A stretch of 60,035 nucleotides of DNA, filler included. It is 4 parts of 4 records of this genome, joined end to end, with 100 filler letters (N's around TTAATTAATTAA, not from the genome) between each part and the next. Parts side by side here need not be neighbours in the genome. Positions count along the whole stretch, not along the records: positions 23,499 to 49,745 come from SRR31156797_118; 3 more parts are not named here. One strand, written 5' to 3'. The notes beneath the pieces are model-generated. The model saw only the letters and a program-made list of their open reading frames with translations. It was not told the origin of the DNA and did no database searches. The first letter of the stretch is position 1, and every line of letters begins with the position of its first letter. A program made the translations under genes and the position numbers. Positions 30,673-42,017 of this stretch are shown in pieces.

Positions 30673-30927
30673 ATGCTCCCAAAGTTTTTATTAGCAGACA
30701 ATTCACAAGAGTTACCGGACACTCTTTTCATCGTTCACACACGTAATCCAAAGTGTATTATCGAATGTGATGTTGAAGATTTCAATTCCAATCAAACGAT
30801 TCATTGGATGGATAAAACACCGGAAGATCAAAATATGATTGAAGATTTGTTGGATGAAGCAGAGACTTTCTATAACGATGAATTGGATAGTCAGGAAGAT
30901 CTTTACGACGAAGAATTTGAAGATTAA
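30673..30927 (+). CDS. Conserved acidic hypothetical protein of Bacteroidota type
   Basis: MLPKFLLADNS..FIVHT..P N-terminus and acidic tail. Confidence 0.75.
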   Translation: MLPKFLLADNSQELPDTLFIVHTRNPKCIIECDVEDFNSNQTIHWMDKTPEDQNMIEDLLDEAETFYNDELDSQEDLYDEEFED

Positions 30928-30939
30928 ATACATATTTGC

Positions 30940-31134
30940 ATGACAAAAAAGTTGAAACGATCATCGAATAAGTTGGTCGCAGGTGTTTGTGCGGGAATTG
31001 CTGAATATTTGAATCTTGATGTTACACTTGTGAGAATATTGTATGTGCTAATTTCTATTTTTAGTGCCGGATTTCCTGGTTTATTAGTTTACATTATTTT
31101 CTGGTTTGTGATGCCTGATTATAACGATATTTAA
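30940..31134 (+). CDS. PspC domain protein
   Basis: KLKRSSNKLVAGVCAGIAEYL..D.TLVR..YIIFW.VMP. Confidence 0.9.
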   Translation: MTKKLKRSSNKLVAGVCAGIAEYLNLDVTLVRILYVLISIFSAGFPGLLVYIIFWFVMPDYNDI

Positions 31135-31406
31135 TATTGATATAATCATTGTAAATGATATTGGAGAAAACGGAAGTTTTCTCCTTTTTTTATGCCATAA
31201 ATTAAGATTGTACAGCAAGTTTATTTATGCTGGAAACATGTGTTCTAAAACAGTTCCAAAAGACCACATTTGTCATGATTTAGAAAAGTGTTTTCATCTA
31301 TTTTTGCAGCGAATTTTTGAGGTGATATTAAATAACAGAACTAAATATATTAATCTGAATTGTAATATTTCCTTACGCAAACAACAACACTTAAATATTC
31401 TAACTG

Positions 31407-32123
31407 ATGAACCTAAAAAAACTGATCCCTTTACTTGGGTTGGTATTTATCTGTATGGGAGTTTCTGCTGAAAATCTTCCATCAAAAACCAAAGTGAATC
31501 GTAGTATTGACTTTGTAAGTAAACACTTGTGGCGTGGATCTAATAGTGGTACAGCTCCTACAATTGAGCCTACACTTGAGATACAAACCGGCAAATTTAC
31601 TTTTGGGGCTTGGGGAGCCTATGCTACTGATGATAGTTATCAAGAGGTAGATTTTTACGTACAGTACAACACACCATTATTTCAGTTTAGCTTGTACGAT
31701 TTTTATTGTCCGAGACCAAATTTTGAAAACTCTAAATTCTTCGATTTTGATAGTGAAAATAGTGTGCATCTTTTTGACGCAACAGCTAAATTTAAAGGGC
31801 ATGCAAAGTTCCCAATTTCGGTAATGGGATCTGTACTTTTTTACGGAGAATTCGATAAAGATGAGAATGGAGATCAACAGTATTCAACTTATTTCGAATT
31901 TGGATATTCTAAGTTAATTGCCGGTAAAAAATTCTCCTGGGCATTAGGGTTTTCACCATTCGAAGGCATGTACGATGATAAGTTTAATGTGGTAAATGTG
32001 AACATGACAATGTATGATCAAATTAAGCTTACAGATCAGTTTTCTTTACCAATTAAAGGAGGGATAACTTTGAATCCGGCGACCGAGAGATTGTTTTTAA
32101 CTTTTGCTGTTACCATTAAGTAA
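31407..32123 (+). CDS. Putative outer-membrane beta-barrel (TorF-like)
   Basis: Signal peptide, SKHLWRG, FGAWG and EVDFY motifs. Confidence 0.65.
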   Translation: MNLKKLIPLLGLVFICMGVSAENLPSKTKVNRSIDFVSKHLWRGSNSGTAPTIEPTLEIQTGKFTFGAWGAYATDDSYQEVDFYVQYNTPLFQFSLYDFYCPRPNFENSKFFDFDSENSVHLFDATAKFKGHAKFPISVMGSVLFYGEFDKDENGDQQYSTYFEFGYSKLIAGKKFSWALGFSPFEGMYDDKFNVVNVNMTMYDQIKLTDQFSLPIKGGITLNPATERLFLTFAVTIK

Positions 32124-32143
32124 TTTCAAAAGTATAGATATGT

Positions 32144-32171
32144 AAAGGCTTCCAATCGGAAGCCTTTTTTT
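32144..32171 (+). terminator. Intrinsic terminator
   Basis: AAAGGCTTCC-AATC-GGAAGCCTTT-TTTT. Confidence 0.8.
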
Positions 32172-32184
32172 GTTATAATATGGA

Positions 32185-32247
32185 GAAGCTCCACATTAGG
32201 CTGTTGAAGCGTTCCTCATTAGGCTATGGAAGCTTTCCACATTAGGC
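32185..32247. repeat. Three short direct repeats GAAGC(N1-3)CCWCATTAGGC
   Basis: Copies start at 32185, 32206 and 32229; a partial CATAGGCT follows at 32261. Confidence 0.75.
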
Positions 32248-32351
32248 ACTGATAATTTTTCATAGGCTGAGCTTTTGATGTGACTATTTTATCAATTCAA
32301 AAGAATTGATGATATTTAAGTTTTAAGATAATTGTAACAGAAAACTATACA

Positions 32352-32732
32352 ATGACAGAGTTAGAGAAAGTAAATCAGTTTCATGATGCTTTTGGTGTAA
32401 ATGTGGAGCAATCGCCAAAAATTCCAGGTCGTGAAAGGTGTGAATTGAGACAGAATATTATACAGGAAGAGGTTGATGAATTAAAAGCTGCATGGGAATC
32501 TGGTGATTTGGTTGAGGTTGCCGATGCTTTGGCAGATATTCATTACGTGTTAATGGGAACTGTATTGGAATTTGGCTTGCAGGACAAATATCCTGACATT
32601 TTTTCGGAGGTTCACAAAAGCAATATGAGTAAGTTGGACGCAAATGGCAAGCCTTTGTATCGTGAAGATGGGAAAGTGATAAAATCGGATTTATTTAATG
32701 CACCTGATATTGAAAAAATCTTAAAAGGATAG
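32352..32732 (+). CDS. MazG-like NTP pyrophosphohydrolase
   Basis: QEEVDEL, EVADALAD, EVHKSNMSK and REDGKVIK motifs. Confidence 0.9.
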   Translation: MTELEKVNQFHDAFGVNVEQSPKIPGRERCELRQNIIQEEVDELKAAWESGDLVEVADALADIHYVLMGTVLEFGLQDKYPDIFSEVHKSNMSKLDANGKPLYREDGKVIKSDLFNAPDIEKILKG

Positions 32733-32738
32733 AACGTC

Positions 32739-33254
32739 ATGAAAAAACTAAAGCACATATTCCTTGCACTATTTTTATTCTTAGCAATCAATCTTTCTGT
32801 TAAAGGGCAAAAAGTATCCCCGCTAAATGGTTTTGATAATTTAGTGGGTGGCATTTGGTTGACGGAAGGTGAATGGGCAAACGGTCAGAAATTTAAACAG
32901 GAAATTGATTTCTCCTGGGGATTAAATCAAAAGATTGTTAAGGTAAAGACCTATGGAACTATTGATCCTAAAGGTAAGGAATATGGCTTGAGGAATGAAG
33001 GAATTCGATCTTTTAATACTCAAGATTCGGTGATTCAATTTTGGGAGTTTGATATTTTTGGAGGGATTACAACAGGTATTTGTTACTTCAATAATAAGGA
33101 TCTTTATTACGAGTATGACTACAAAGGAGAAATCTTATTAGAGAGCTGGATTTATATAGATGAGAATAATTATAAATATCAGATAGGCAATATGAAAGAT
33201 GGTGAAATGGATAAGGTTTACATGAAATCATCATATCGAAGAATTAAAAAATAA
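32739..33254 (+). CDS. Secreted hypothetical protein
   Basis: Signal peptide; operonic spacing. Confidence 0.7.
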   Translation: MKKLKHIFLALFLFLAINLSVKGQKVSPLNGFDNLVGGIWLTEGEWANGQKFKQEIDFSWGLNQKIVKVKTYGTIDPKGKEYGLRNEGIRSFNTQDSVIQFWEFDIFGGITTGICYFNNKDLYYEYDYKGEILLESWIYIDENNYKYQIGNMKDGEMDKVYMKSSYRRIKK

Positions 33255-33262
33255 CAGGAGCT

Positions 33263-34051
33263 ATGAATTTAAAGAAGTATCATGTTGATGCATTTACGGA
33301 TAAGTTGTTTGGAGGGAATCCTGCATGTGTAATTCCGTTAAACAATTGGTTACCCGATGATGTTTTATTTGATATCACCAAAGAGAACAATTTGGCTGAA
33401 ACTGCTTTCTTTGTTCCTGTAGAAAATGGATTTCACATTCGTTGGTTTACACCCGAAGTTGAAATGGATTTGTGTGGTCATGCAACTTTGGCAACAGCTC
33501 ATGTTATTAAAAAACATCAGAACTATAAAGAGGATGTTATTCACTTAGAATCGGTAAGTGGAGAATTGAAAGTTACGTGTAATGAAGATAAATATGAATT
33601 GGATTTTCCTTCGAGAATGCCTGTGCTATCGGAATTACCAGAGATTATATCTTCTAGTTTAAATATCCAACCAAAGGAGATTTACAAATCAAGAGACTAT
33701 GTTTTAGTTTATGAGGACGAAGATGAAATTTTAGCTTTAAATCCTGATAAGAATAAATTAGAAGGTATTGATTTGGGACATGGAGGAATTGTTTGCACAT
33801 CAAAGGGAAATGAGGTAGATTTTGTGTCTCGATTTTTTACGCCTGGAGCGAGTATTTTTGAAGATCCGGTTACAGGTTCTGCACATTGTAGCTTAATTCC
33901 ATTTTGGAGTGAAAAATTAAATAAAAATGAGATGTTGGCGCATCAGGTATCCTCTAGAAAGGGAGTATTGTATTGTGAAAACAAAGGTGAACGTGTTAAC
34001 ATTTCAGGGAATGCGGTAACTTATAGTTTAGGAGAGATATATTTGAAATAA
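33263..34051 (+). CDS. PhzF-family isomerase
   Basis: VDAF..GGNPA, ETAF, RWFTP..EMDLCGHAT and EDPVTGSAH motifs. Confidence 0.93.
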   Translation: MNLKKYHVDAFTDKLFGGNPACVIPLNNWLPDDVLFDITKENNLAETAFFVPVENGFHIRWFTPEVEMDLCGHATLATAHVIKKHQNYKEDVIHLESVSGELKVTCNEDKYELDFPSRMPVLSELPEIISSSLNIQPKEIYKSRDYVLVYEDEDEILALNPDKNKLEGIDLGHGGIVCTSKGNEVDFVSRFFTPGASIFEDPVTGSAHCSLIPFWSEKLNKNEMLAHQVSSRKGVLYCENKGERVNISGNAVTYSLGEIYLK

Positions 34052-34052
34052 T

Positions 34053-34619
34053 ATGGAGTATGTAGAAGAAGTAATATTTGAAAATAAGGAATTCTTAAAT
34101 GCTAAATTGAATAAAGGGGAATATGACAATTGTAGGTTTAAGAATTGTTCTTTTGCAAACGCAGATTTGTCGGATGTAATCTTTCTGGAATGCGAGTTTG
34201 AGAATTGTGATTTAAGCAACGTAAAGGTTAATAATACGGCCTTTCGAGATGTTGAATTCAACTCTTGTAAGATGCTGGGAATATCTTTTCAGGATTGTAA
34301 TCAATTGTTGATCTCTTTCAATTTTACAAATTGCATGTTGAACTTGAGTTCCTTTTATCAATTAAAATTGAAGGCAATAAAATTTAGAAGCTGCAAACTT
34401 TCTGAAGTAGATTTTACGGAAACAGATCTTAAACAATCGATATTTGAGAATTGTGATTTAAGCGGAGCAGCTTTTGAATATACCAATTTGGAAAAAGCAG
34501 ATTTAAGTACTGCAATTAACTATACGATTCATCCGGAATCCAATAAAATTAAAAAAGCAAAGTTCTCTTCACAAGGCTTGGAAGGATTGCTACAACAGTA
34601 TGATATAGTGATAAAATAA
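34053..34619 (+). CDS. Pentapeptide repeat protein
   Basis: F.NC.F / A.L pentapeptide repeats throughout. Confidence 0.9.
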   Translation: MEYVEEVIFENKEFLNAKLNKGEYDNCRFKNCSFANADLSDVIFLECEFENCDLSNVKVNNTAFRDVEFNSCKMLGISFQDCNQLLISFNFTNCMLNLSSFYQLKLKAIKFRSCKLSEVDFTETDLKQSIFENCDLSGAAFEYTNLEKADLSTAINYTIHPESNKIKKAKFSSQGLEGLLQQYDIVIK

Positions 34620-34680
34620 AAAATCCCGCCAAGTAGACGGGATTAATGTTAAAAGCAAAATTTATATTATTTGATGATAT

Positions 34681-35232
34681 TTATGCAGCTGATTTACTTA
34701 AATTTTTGGCTTTAGGAAAATCTACCGGAACTTGAGTTAAGTTGTGAGTGTAATTGGTAAATGAAATTTCCATTACAACTGCCAAAAAATCAATCAAGGC
34801 TTTTTCATCATATCCTGCTGCAAAAAACTCATCTAGTTTGTTTTGACTGGCTTTTCCACTGTTTTGAGCGACTTCGGCAGCGAGAGTACTTAAGGTGTTT
34901 AGCTTTGCATCGGCAATACTTCCTTCTCTTAACTGAATTGTTTCGTCTTCGGTAAATCCATTCATTTTGGCAATCGCAGTGTGCGCAGCTAAACAATATT
35001 CACATCCGTTTACTTCTGATACTGCTAGTTTAATTGCTTCCATTTCTTTGCCTGAGAAACTGTCTTTACCAGCTTTGCTTGAATAGTTAAGGTAGTTTTC
35101 TAATGTATCGCTCGAATATGCAATAGTTGCATATAGGTTAGGAACCATTCCCAATTGACTTTTTACCTTATCTAAAATCTGTTGTGCCTTTGCATCTACC
35201 TGCTCTCTTGTTGGTACTGTAATTGTTCTCAT
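34681..35232 (-). CDS. Carboxymuconolactone decarboxylase/AhpD-like peroxidase
   Basis: VPNLY and AVSEVNGCEYCLAAH motifs. Confidence 0.9.
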   Translation of the reverse strand: MRTITVPTREQVDAKAQQILDKVKSQLGMVPNLYATIAYSSDTLENYLNYSSKAGKDSFSGKEMEAIKLAVSEVNGCEYCLAAHTAIAKMNGFTEDETIQLREGSIADAKLNTLSTLAAEVAQNSGKASQNKLDEFFAAGYDEKALIDFLAVVMEISFTNYTHNLTQVPVDFPKAKNLSKSAA

Positions 35233-35373
35233 CTTGTTATATTTTTGTAATTATTAATATATGATCTTTAAACTATTCTGCGTTTTGATCTTTTGTTATT
35301 ACAAAGATGGAGCAAAAAAATAGTGGGAAGAATGGCTATTCTTCCCACTGACTTGATGATTTTTCCTTTTGGA

Positions 35374-36210
35374 CTAAATAAATACTGTTTTTTTGAATTC
35401 GGTTGGACTTTTACCCACAATTTTTCTGAAAAAACGACTAAAGTGAGCAGCATCTTCAAAACCAATTTCAAACGCAATTTCTTTTGCGCTTTTATCTGTA
35501 TACAAGAATAATCTTTTCGCTTCTAAGCCAATTCGTTCCTGAATAACCTGTAAGGGAGTTTTATCATTGTACTCACTAAATAGGTTTGATATGGTTTTGG
35601 GCGATTTATTTAGTAATTCGGCATATTCAGCAACCTTATGTTTGTTGCGAAAGTGCATTTCGACTAATACATTAAATTGACGAATAAGATCGAGTTTATC
35701 CTGATTAATATCCGGGTTATTAAGGTTTTTTCTAACCAATCGGGTACATTTTATAAGAAATCTCTTTAAAAGCACCTGAAGCATTTCTCCTTGAATTTGA
35801 TCGGAGTTTTCAAATTCTTCGAGAATAACTTGAACCAACAAATCAAAACTTTCCTGTTCTTTCGAATCCAATGAAACAATAGGGACTTCAGAAGAACCAA
35901 AAAACAAATAGCCATGGCATGAAACTTCGTGATCGTGCTGTTGAATGCAATAAAACTCACGATTGAAAGAGAGTAAATTTAAATGATCCGTATTCTCAAG
36001 AATTTCAAACTGGTTAAGAGGAGTGAGAAATAGAATCTGATTCTGAAGAATATTGTATTGAATACCATCAACAATAATGGTTGAATTCCCTTTTCTTTGC
36101 CATAGTATACGATACAAAGGATCTTTTTTTACTAGATCAACACTTGTAGTTGAGAATGTACAGAATGAGAAATAAGAGGCATCTCTTTTATTTTCGAAGA
36201 TCTGATTCAT
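35374..36210 (-). CDS. AraC-family regulator
   Basis: SAKEIAFEIGFEDAAHFSRFFRK..GKSPTEF. Confidence 0.92.
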   Translation of the reverse strand: MNQIFENKRDASYFSFCTFSTTSVDLVKKDPLYRILWQRKGNSTIIVDGIQYNILQNQILFLTPLNQFEILENTDHLNLLSFNREFYCIQQHDHEVSCHGYLFFGSSEVPIVSLDSKEQESFDLLVQVILEEFENSDQIQGEMLQVLLKRFLIKCTRLVRKNLNNPDINQDKLDLIRQFNVLVEMHFRNKHKVAEYAELLNKSPKTISNLFSEYNDKTPLQVIQERIGLEAKRLFLYTDKSAKEIAFEIGFEDAAHFSRFFRKIVGKSPTEFKKTVFI

Positions 36211-36228
36211 TAATATAAAGATTGGTGA

Positions 36229-36738
36229 TTACATGTTGACATATTCGAATCCATCATTAGGGTGTAGTGGATCTTCTGTTTTATCATGTAAAAGCACATG
36301 ATATTCCAGGTATGATTTAAGATTGGTCATCCAAAATGTCCATCCATTGCTACAACCAACATAGTTGTTCATTTTACTGTCTTCATTTAATTTAATGTCG
36401 CTTTGAGTTAATTTTACCAGAGTCATTCCTTTTTGGCGACTTAATTCTATTTTCACGGTGTTATCGGCAAATTGAAATACTATTTTATCTTTTCCGTTTG
36501 CTTCAATAATCTTTCCTTTTTGCTCATCGTCCCAATTGTGCCACTTCCATATATAGGTATCACCAGTCTGAGTAAATTCTTTTGACGCTCTTTTAGCTCC
36601 ATTTTCACTTCTGAATGTTGCTTTTTTAAGAAACCATCTTTCCAATTTATGCCTGGTAGCCCAACACTTGTAGACTTTTTCGATAGGCACATTAATATGA
36701 ATTTTACGAACAAATTGACTCCAATCTCTATTTTCCAT
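36229..36738 (-). CDS. SRPBCC/AHSA1 domain protein
   Basis: INVPIEKVY..WAT..LERWF and GWTFWMTNLKSYLE motifs. Confidence 0.85.
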   Translation of the reverse strand: MENRDWSQFVRKIHINVPIEKVYKCWATRHKLERWFLKKATFRSENGAKRASKEFTQTGDTYIWKWHNWDDEQKGKIIEANGKDKIVFQFADNTVKIELSRQKGMTLVKLTQSDIKLNEDSKMNNYVGCSNGWTFWMTNLKSYLEYHVLLHDKTEDPLHPNDGFEYVNM

Positions 36739-36823
36739 TTTACTGATTTGTGATTTTTTACCAGATAATAAAATACAAAAAAAGGGACAGAAAACCGTCC
36801 CTTTTTTTTGTGATCGAAATTAT

Positions 36824-38494
36824 TTAGACCTCTTCGGGATGTTCTTTTTTGAACTTATCCCAATAGGTGTTTAGAGTTGATTTCATATCCTTATGCAACA
36901 TTAATATACCTGCCAAGTTGGGCAGAGCCATTAATACAATTGTGATACCTGAAATGGTCCAGATAATGGTAGTATCGGCAAAAGAAGCAATAAAGAATCC
37001 CACACAATAGATAATTCGATATGGTAATACTCCTTTTGCTCCAAACAAATAGGTGACGGAACGACCACCATAATATGCCCATGCTATGGCTGTTGAAAAT
37101 GCGAACAAAAGTAATCCAATCGATACAATCCAACGTCCCCAATCACCGAGTAAACTTCTGGAGAATGCTTCTGCTGTTAATGGTGCAGAGTGAACAAGTG
37201 AATTACCTTTAAAGTAAACACCATTTTCAGATATAGATTTTCCATCCTGTATTTTAATGCTTCCTGTATACAGATTATCATCGGTATTGTACACCATAAC
37301 TTTTTCAGCTATTGATCGAGCATTGATAATACTTACTTGGTTTTCGATAACACCTTGCTTCACATTTAAGTCACCTGAAAATACAGGAAGTTCCGCTTGC
37401 TTGCTTAAAAAATGAATCAGTTTTGATCTATCTTCTTCTTTAGTATCATCGTATTGGTCAGCCATTACGATCATATCAGTAGATTGAAATCGGTTTGGTA
37501 ATTTTTCGGTCCAAACCCCTGAAGAAAGAATTACCAGTCCAGTTAAAGTACAAATAACTATAGTATCAATAAATGGTTCTAAAATAGCAACCATACCTTC
37601 AGAAACAGGCTCTTCGGTTCTGGCAGCAGCATGAGCAATTGGAGCAGAACCCTGACCAGCTTCATTACTGAACAATCCACGATTAACACCTTTTGTTAAA
37701 GCATAAGAAAAAGCAGCACCTAAGAATCCACCAACTGCGGCTGTTCCTGTAAATACATTGGTAAATATTGAAACAAAGGCAGGAATAATATTTTCGTAAT
37801 TATATGAGATTACAGCAAGAGCTCCAACAAAATAAATAAGTGCCATCCCAGGAACAAGCTTCTCTGTTACCTTTGCAATTCTTTTAATACCACCCAAAAT
37901 TACAAATGCTAGAAGAACTGTTAGGATTCCTCCTACTATCATTTTATCAAAACCAAATGTTGAATAAAGGGAGTTCGTAATTGAATTTATTTGAGGTAAA
38001 CTACCAGTTCCAAATGATGAAAATATGGTCATGGCAGCAAAGAATCCTGCTAGCCATTTCATATTCAGTTTGTTTTTCATGTAATACATTGGTCCACCGG
38101 AGATAAAACCTTTTTCATCGGTTTCACGATATTTGTGTGAAAGTGTAACCTCAACAAATTTGGTAGTCATCCCTAGAAATGCGGTTACCAACATCCAAAA
38201 TAATGCTGCTGGTCCTCCCAAGTAAATGGCAAGAGCTACACCAGCTATATTTCCTGTTCCAACGGTTCCTGATAAAGCGGTGGTTAAGGCTTGAAAGTGA
38301 GAAGCATCACCCTTTTCACCAGGTTTGTCGTATTTGCCGCTAACTACTTTAATGGCGTGTTTGAAAAAACGGAATTGTGGGAATTTTAGATAAATAGTAA
38401 AGAATAAACCGGTTCCAATAAGAATAAATGGAAACCACTGGCTTCCTCCTAAATATCCTTCAATTAGGGTTAAAAAGTCATTAATGCTATGCAT
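36824..38494 (-). CDS. Alanine/glycine:cation symporter (AgcS)
   Basis: [34 protein letters not shown] and EPFIDT motifs. Confidence 0.95.
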   Translation of the reverse strand: MHSINDFLTLIEGYLGGSQWFPFILIGTGLFFTIYLKFPQFRFFKHAIKVVSGKYDKPGEKGDASHFQALTTALSGTVGTGNIAGVALAIYLGGPAALFWMLVTAFLGMTTKFVEVTLSHKYRETDEKGFISGGPMYYMKNKLNMKWLAGFFAAMTIFSSFGTGSLPQINSITNSLYSTFGFDKMIVGGILTVLLAFVILGGIKRIAKVTEKLVPGMALIYFVGALAVISYNYENIIPAFVSIFTNVFTGTAAVGGFLGAAFSYALTKGVNRGLFSNEAGQGSAPIAHAAARTEEPVSEGMVAILEPFIDTIVICTLTGLVILSSGVWTEKLPNRFQSTDMIVMADQYDDTKEEDRSKLIHFLSKQAELPVFSGDLNVKQGVIENQVSIINARSIAEKVMVYNTDDNLYTGSIKIQDGKSISENGVYFKGNSLVHSAPLTAEAFSRSLLGDWGRWIVSIGLLLFAFSTAIAWAYYGGRSVTYLFGAKGVLPYRIIYCVGFFIASFADTTIIWTISGITIVLMALPNLAGILMLHKDMKSTLNTYWDKFKKEHPEEV

Positions 38495-38819
38495 AAATTA
38501 AGGGTTAATGGTATTGAGTTATCGAATTTTTTATTGAAAGTCATCTAAGATAAGGGAATATTTTTAAAATGGGCAGTAAGCTATAGGTTCAAAATATTCT
38601 ATGAAAAGATTTAAGATATTAAACCTTTTAGATGGCAATTTAACATTATTACTTTATTAAAATTAATACGTTGATCTGCTTGTATAGCCATTTTGTCGAA
38701 AAAAAGAGTTTCCTCACAAGTAATTTTTCTACATTCAATATTGATTTTTTTTGAAAGATCTTTAGAATAAAAAACTAACCATCCCTTTTGGATGATATCT
38801 ATACCAAAACAACAAAAAA

Positions 38820-41249
38820 ATGAAAAAGTTAATTTATGTGCTGTTATTTTTTATAGCGGCAAATGTCAATGCTCAAAATAACATTGACTTTCAAAAGCCT
38901 CCAAAACAAATTTTGGATTTGGCTGATGTTGAACGAGCTCCTTCCGTATTGATGGATGAGAGCAAAGAGAACATGGTATTGTTGTATCGTGATGCGTACA
39001 AAACAATTGCCGAATTGTCGCAGGAAGAAATGCGTTTAGGGGGACTTCGCATTGATCCAAAGACTAATATTGGTAGCCGTATTAGCTATTACAATAATGT
39101 TAAAGTAAGACGATTGGATTCAAAATCGGATGATGCAATTCAATTCAAAGGATTACCAAAAAATCCACGATTTTCTAATTTTGTATGGTCTCCTGATCAA
39201 TCAAAGTTGGCAATGACGAATACAACAGCTAAAGGTGTTGAAGTTTGGGTTTTGGACCTAAAAACGGCCAATGCAAACAAAATTGCTGAAGGAAAAGTTA
39301 ATGCAAACCTGAGAGATGTTATCAATTGGTTTAAAGATGGAGAATCGGTATTGGTTAAATTTGTAGCTGAGGCTAGAAAAGAACTAATTAATGCGAAAAG
39401 TTCTATTCCAACAGGACCAACCATTTCTGAAAATGCTGGTAAAAAGGCTCAAAACAGAACTTATCAGGATTTGTTGAAAAATAAAACAGATGAATTCAAT
39501 TTCGAACAATTGGCAATGTCTGAATTGTTTAAAGTTAAATTGGACGGATCATCAGAAAAATGGTTGCCGGCAGCTATGTACAAAAGTGTTACTTTCTCTC
39601 CTGATGGTAACTATGTAATGATAAGTGTTGTTGAGAAACCATTTTCTTACTTAGTACCTTACTATCGTTTTCCTTCCAAAACTACTATCTATACAAAGGA
39701 CGCAAAAAAGGTTGAGGATGTATTAACAGTGCCTTTGATAGAAGATTTACCACAAGGATTTATGGCTGTACGTAAAGGTCGTCGATCGGTTCAGTGGAGA
39801 TCAGATGTAGCAGCTTCTATCATTTATGTTGAAGCTTTAGATGGTGGAGATCCTGAAACAAAAGTTGATTTCCGTGATGAAGTTTTCCAGTTAGAAGCTC
39901 CTTTTAATGGCAATGGAAAAAGTATTTTGAAAACAATCAATCGTTTTTACGATATTGAGTGGGGAACAGAAAAAATGGCTATTGCTCATGATTACTGGTG
40001 GAATAGTCGTAATACTAAATCTTATATTTTTAACCCATCGGATGCTTCAGTAGCTCCAATCAAGATTTACGATCGTAACTATCAGGATAGATATAATGAT
40101 CCAGGAAGTTTTGTAAGCAAGAGAAACAAGTATGGAAAATCAGTTCTTGCTCTTGATGGTGATAATGCATATTTGTTAGGTGCTGGTTACTCAAAAGAAG
40201 GTCAATTTCCATTCCTGGATAAATTTAATTTGAAGAGTAAGGAAACTAAGCGTCTATACCAGTCGAAGTATACTGATAAATTAGAAAGTTTAAGAGATTT
40301 TGATGCGGATAAAAAAGAATTGCTGGTTCGAATTGAGTCAAACAATGAGTATCCTAACTATTTCTTCAGAAAACTTAAAAATAAGAAGTTAGAGCAAATT
40401 ACTGCTTTTGAAAATCCTTTTAAGAGTATCGAAGGAATTCATAAAGAAGTGATCAATTACAAAAGAGAAGATGGCGTTGAACTTTCAGGAACTTTATATC
40501 TGCCAGTAGGATACGATATGGAGAAAAAAGAGAGAGTTCCAATGATTCTTTGGGCTTATCCAACCGAATACAAGGATAAGGCTAGTGCAGGTCAAACGAC
40601 TTCAAATCCAAATGAGTTTACCTATTTGTATTGGGCTTCTCCTGTATTTTGGGTAACTCGTGGTTATGCGGTTTTAGATGATGCTTCTTTCCCAATTGTT
40701 GGAGAGGGTGATGAAGAACCAAATGACTCATTCCGCACTCAGTTAGTTGCAAATGCAAAAGCAGCTATCGATGCGGTTGACGATTTAGGATATATCGATA
40801 GAGAAAGAGTTGCTTGTGGTGGTCACAGTTATGGAGCATTTATGGTGGCTAATTTGTTGACTCATTCCGATTTATTTGCAGCAGGTATTGCACGAAGTGG
40901 AGCTTACAACAGAACTCTTACTCCGTTTGGTTTCCAAAGCGAAGAAAGAAATTATTGGGAAGCACCAAAGGTATATTATAACATGTCTCCTTTTATGCAC
41001 GCTGAAAAAATGAAGCATGCACTTCTATTGGTTCATGGTGAGGCTGATAACAATTCAGGAACTTATCCAATGCAAAGCGAGCGTTATTTTAATGCATTAA
41101 AAGGTTTAGGAGCGACAGTTCGTTTGGTAATGTTGCCAAAAGAGAGTCATTCGTACCGATCAAAAGAGAATATCATGCACATGTTGTGGGAGCAAGATCA
41201 ATGGCTTGAAACACATGTAAAGAATAAAAAACAAGTGGCAGATAAATAA
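38820..41249 (+). CDS. S9 prolyl oligopeptidase-family peptidase
   Basis: GGHSYGA nucleophile, HGEADNN and ESH motifs; signal peptide. Confidence 0.92.
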   Translation: MKKLIYVLLFFIAANVNAQNNIDFQKPPKQILDLADVERAPSVLMDESKENMVLLYRDAYKTIAELSQEEMRLGGLRIDPKTNIGSRISYYNNVKVRRLDSKSDDAIQFKGLPKNPRFSNFVWSPDQSKLAMTNTTAKGVEVWVLDLKTANANKIAEGKVNANLRDVINWFKDGESVLVKFVAEARKELINAKSSIPTGPTISENAGKKAQNRTYQDLLKNKTDEFNFEQLAMSELFKVKLDGSSEKWLPAAMYKSVTFSPDGNYVMISVVEKPFSYLVPYYRFPSKTTIYTKDAKKVEDVLTVPLIEDLPQGFMAVRKGRRSVQWRSDVAASIIYVEALDGGDPETKVDFRDEVFQLEAPFNGNGKSILKTINRFYDIEWGTEKMAIAHDYWWNSRNTKSYIFNPSDASVAPIKIYDRNYQDRYNDPGSFVSKRNKYGKSVLALDGDNAYLLGAGYSKEGQFPFLDKFNLKSKETKRLYQSKYTDKLESLRDFDADKKELLVRIESNNEYPNYFFRKLKNKKLEQITAFENPFKSIEGIHKEVINYKREDGVELSGTLYLPVGYDMEKKERVPMILWAYPTEYKDKASAGQTTSNPNEFTYLYWASPVFWVTRGYAVLDDASFPIVGEGDEEPNDSFRTQLVANAKAAIDAVDDLGYIDRERVACGGHSYGAFMVANLLTHSDLFAAGIARSGAYNRTLTPFGFQSEERNYWEAPKVYYNMSPFMHAEKMKHALLLVHGEADNNSGTYPMQSERYFNALKGLGATVRLVMLPKESHSYRSKENIMHMLWEQDQWLETHVKNKKQVADK

Positions 41250-41406
41250 TATTTGCCATAATAATAGAATAAAGAGCCTGCACGAAAGTGTGGGCATTTT
41301 TTTTGTCTTATAAAGAATAATGATAAACAGCAAAGTCTAACATTTTGAATAATATGAATTGTTATTTTTGTGGTTATTAATTTATTGTATAATCGAAATC
41401 TAATTT

Positions 41407-42006
41407 ATGAAATTTATTTACGCAACTATTTGTTTATTATTTTTATCAGTAAGCTCATTATTGGCACAGATCGAACAAGGTAGGTTTTTTATTAATGCTC
41501 AGTCAAGCATAGGATTTAATTCCTTTGATATTGAAATGAAATCTGACAATGAAGATCGGGATTTGGGAAAAACAAAATCTTTCGAATTTGCTCCTAGTAT
41601 AGGATGTTTTGTTGGAGATGGACTTTTGGTTGGAATAGAAGTACCATATTCATCAAAAAAAAATGAAGATGATGATGGTGATTATGTGAAAACAAAAAGT
41701 CTCACATTTGTACCATTTTTAAGATATTATTTTGCGAACGGAGGAAGTAATGTGAAACCATACTTACATGGTGGTTTTGGCTTTGGTGCTTCAACGGAAA
41801 AGAATGAATATCAGGAATTGGATTATCGTCAGTCAGTGTATGAATTAGGGGGGGGACTTGCAATATTTTTCCACAAAAATATTGCTATAGATTTAGGTTT
41901 AGGATACGCTTCAACAACTTTAAAACCTAAAGATGATAACGATAATGATGTAAAGATTGTAACTAAAGGTCTCGCGTTTAAAGTTGGTTTTACTTTTTGT
42001 ATTTAA
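41407..42006 (+). CDS. Outer membrane beta-barrel protein
   Basis: Signal peptide, PFLRYYF, amphipathic strands. Confidence 0.8.
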   Translation: MKFIYATICLLFLSVSSLLAQIEQGRFFINAQSSIGFNSFDIEMKSDNEDRDLGKTKSFEFAPSIGCFVGDGLLVGIEVPYSSKKNEDDDGDYVKTKSLTFVPFLRYYFANGGSNVKPYLHGGFGFGASTEKNEYQELDYRQSVYELGGGLAIFFHKNIAIDLGLGYASTTLKPKDDNDNDVKIVTKGLAFKVGFTFCI

Positions 42007-42017
42007 TTGCTATTTGT

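Noticed and set aside
32185-32270. Possible mini-CRISPR
   Set aside because: The repeats are ~17-19 nt with only 4-nt gaps; there are no spacers and no cas genes.
34053-34619. Qnr quinolone-resistance gene
   Set aside because: A generic pentapeptide repeat protein; Qnr-specific features cannot be supported by eye.
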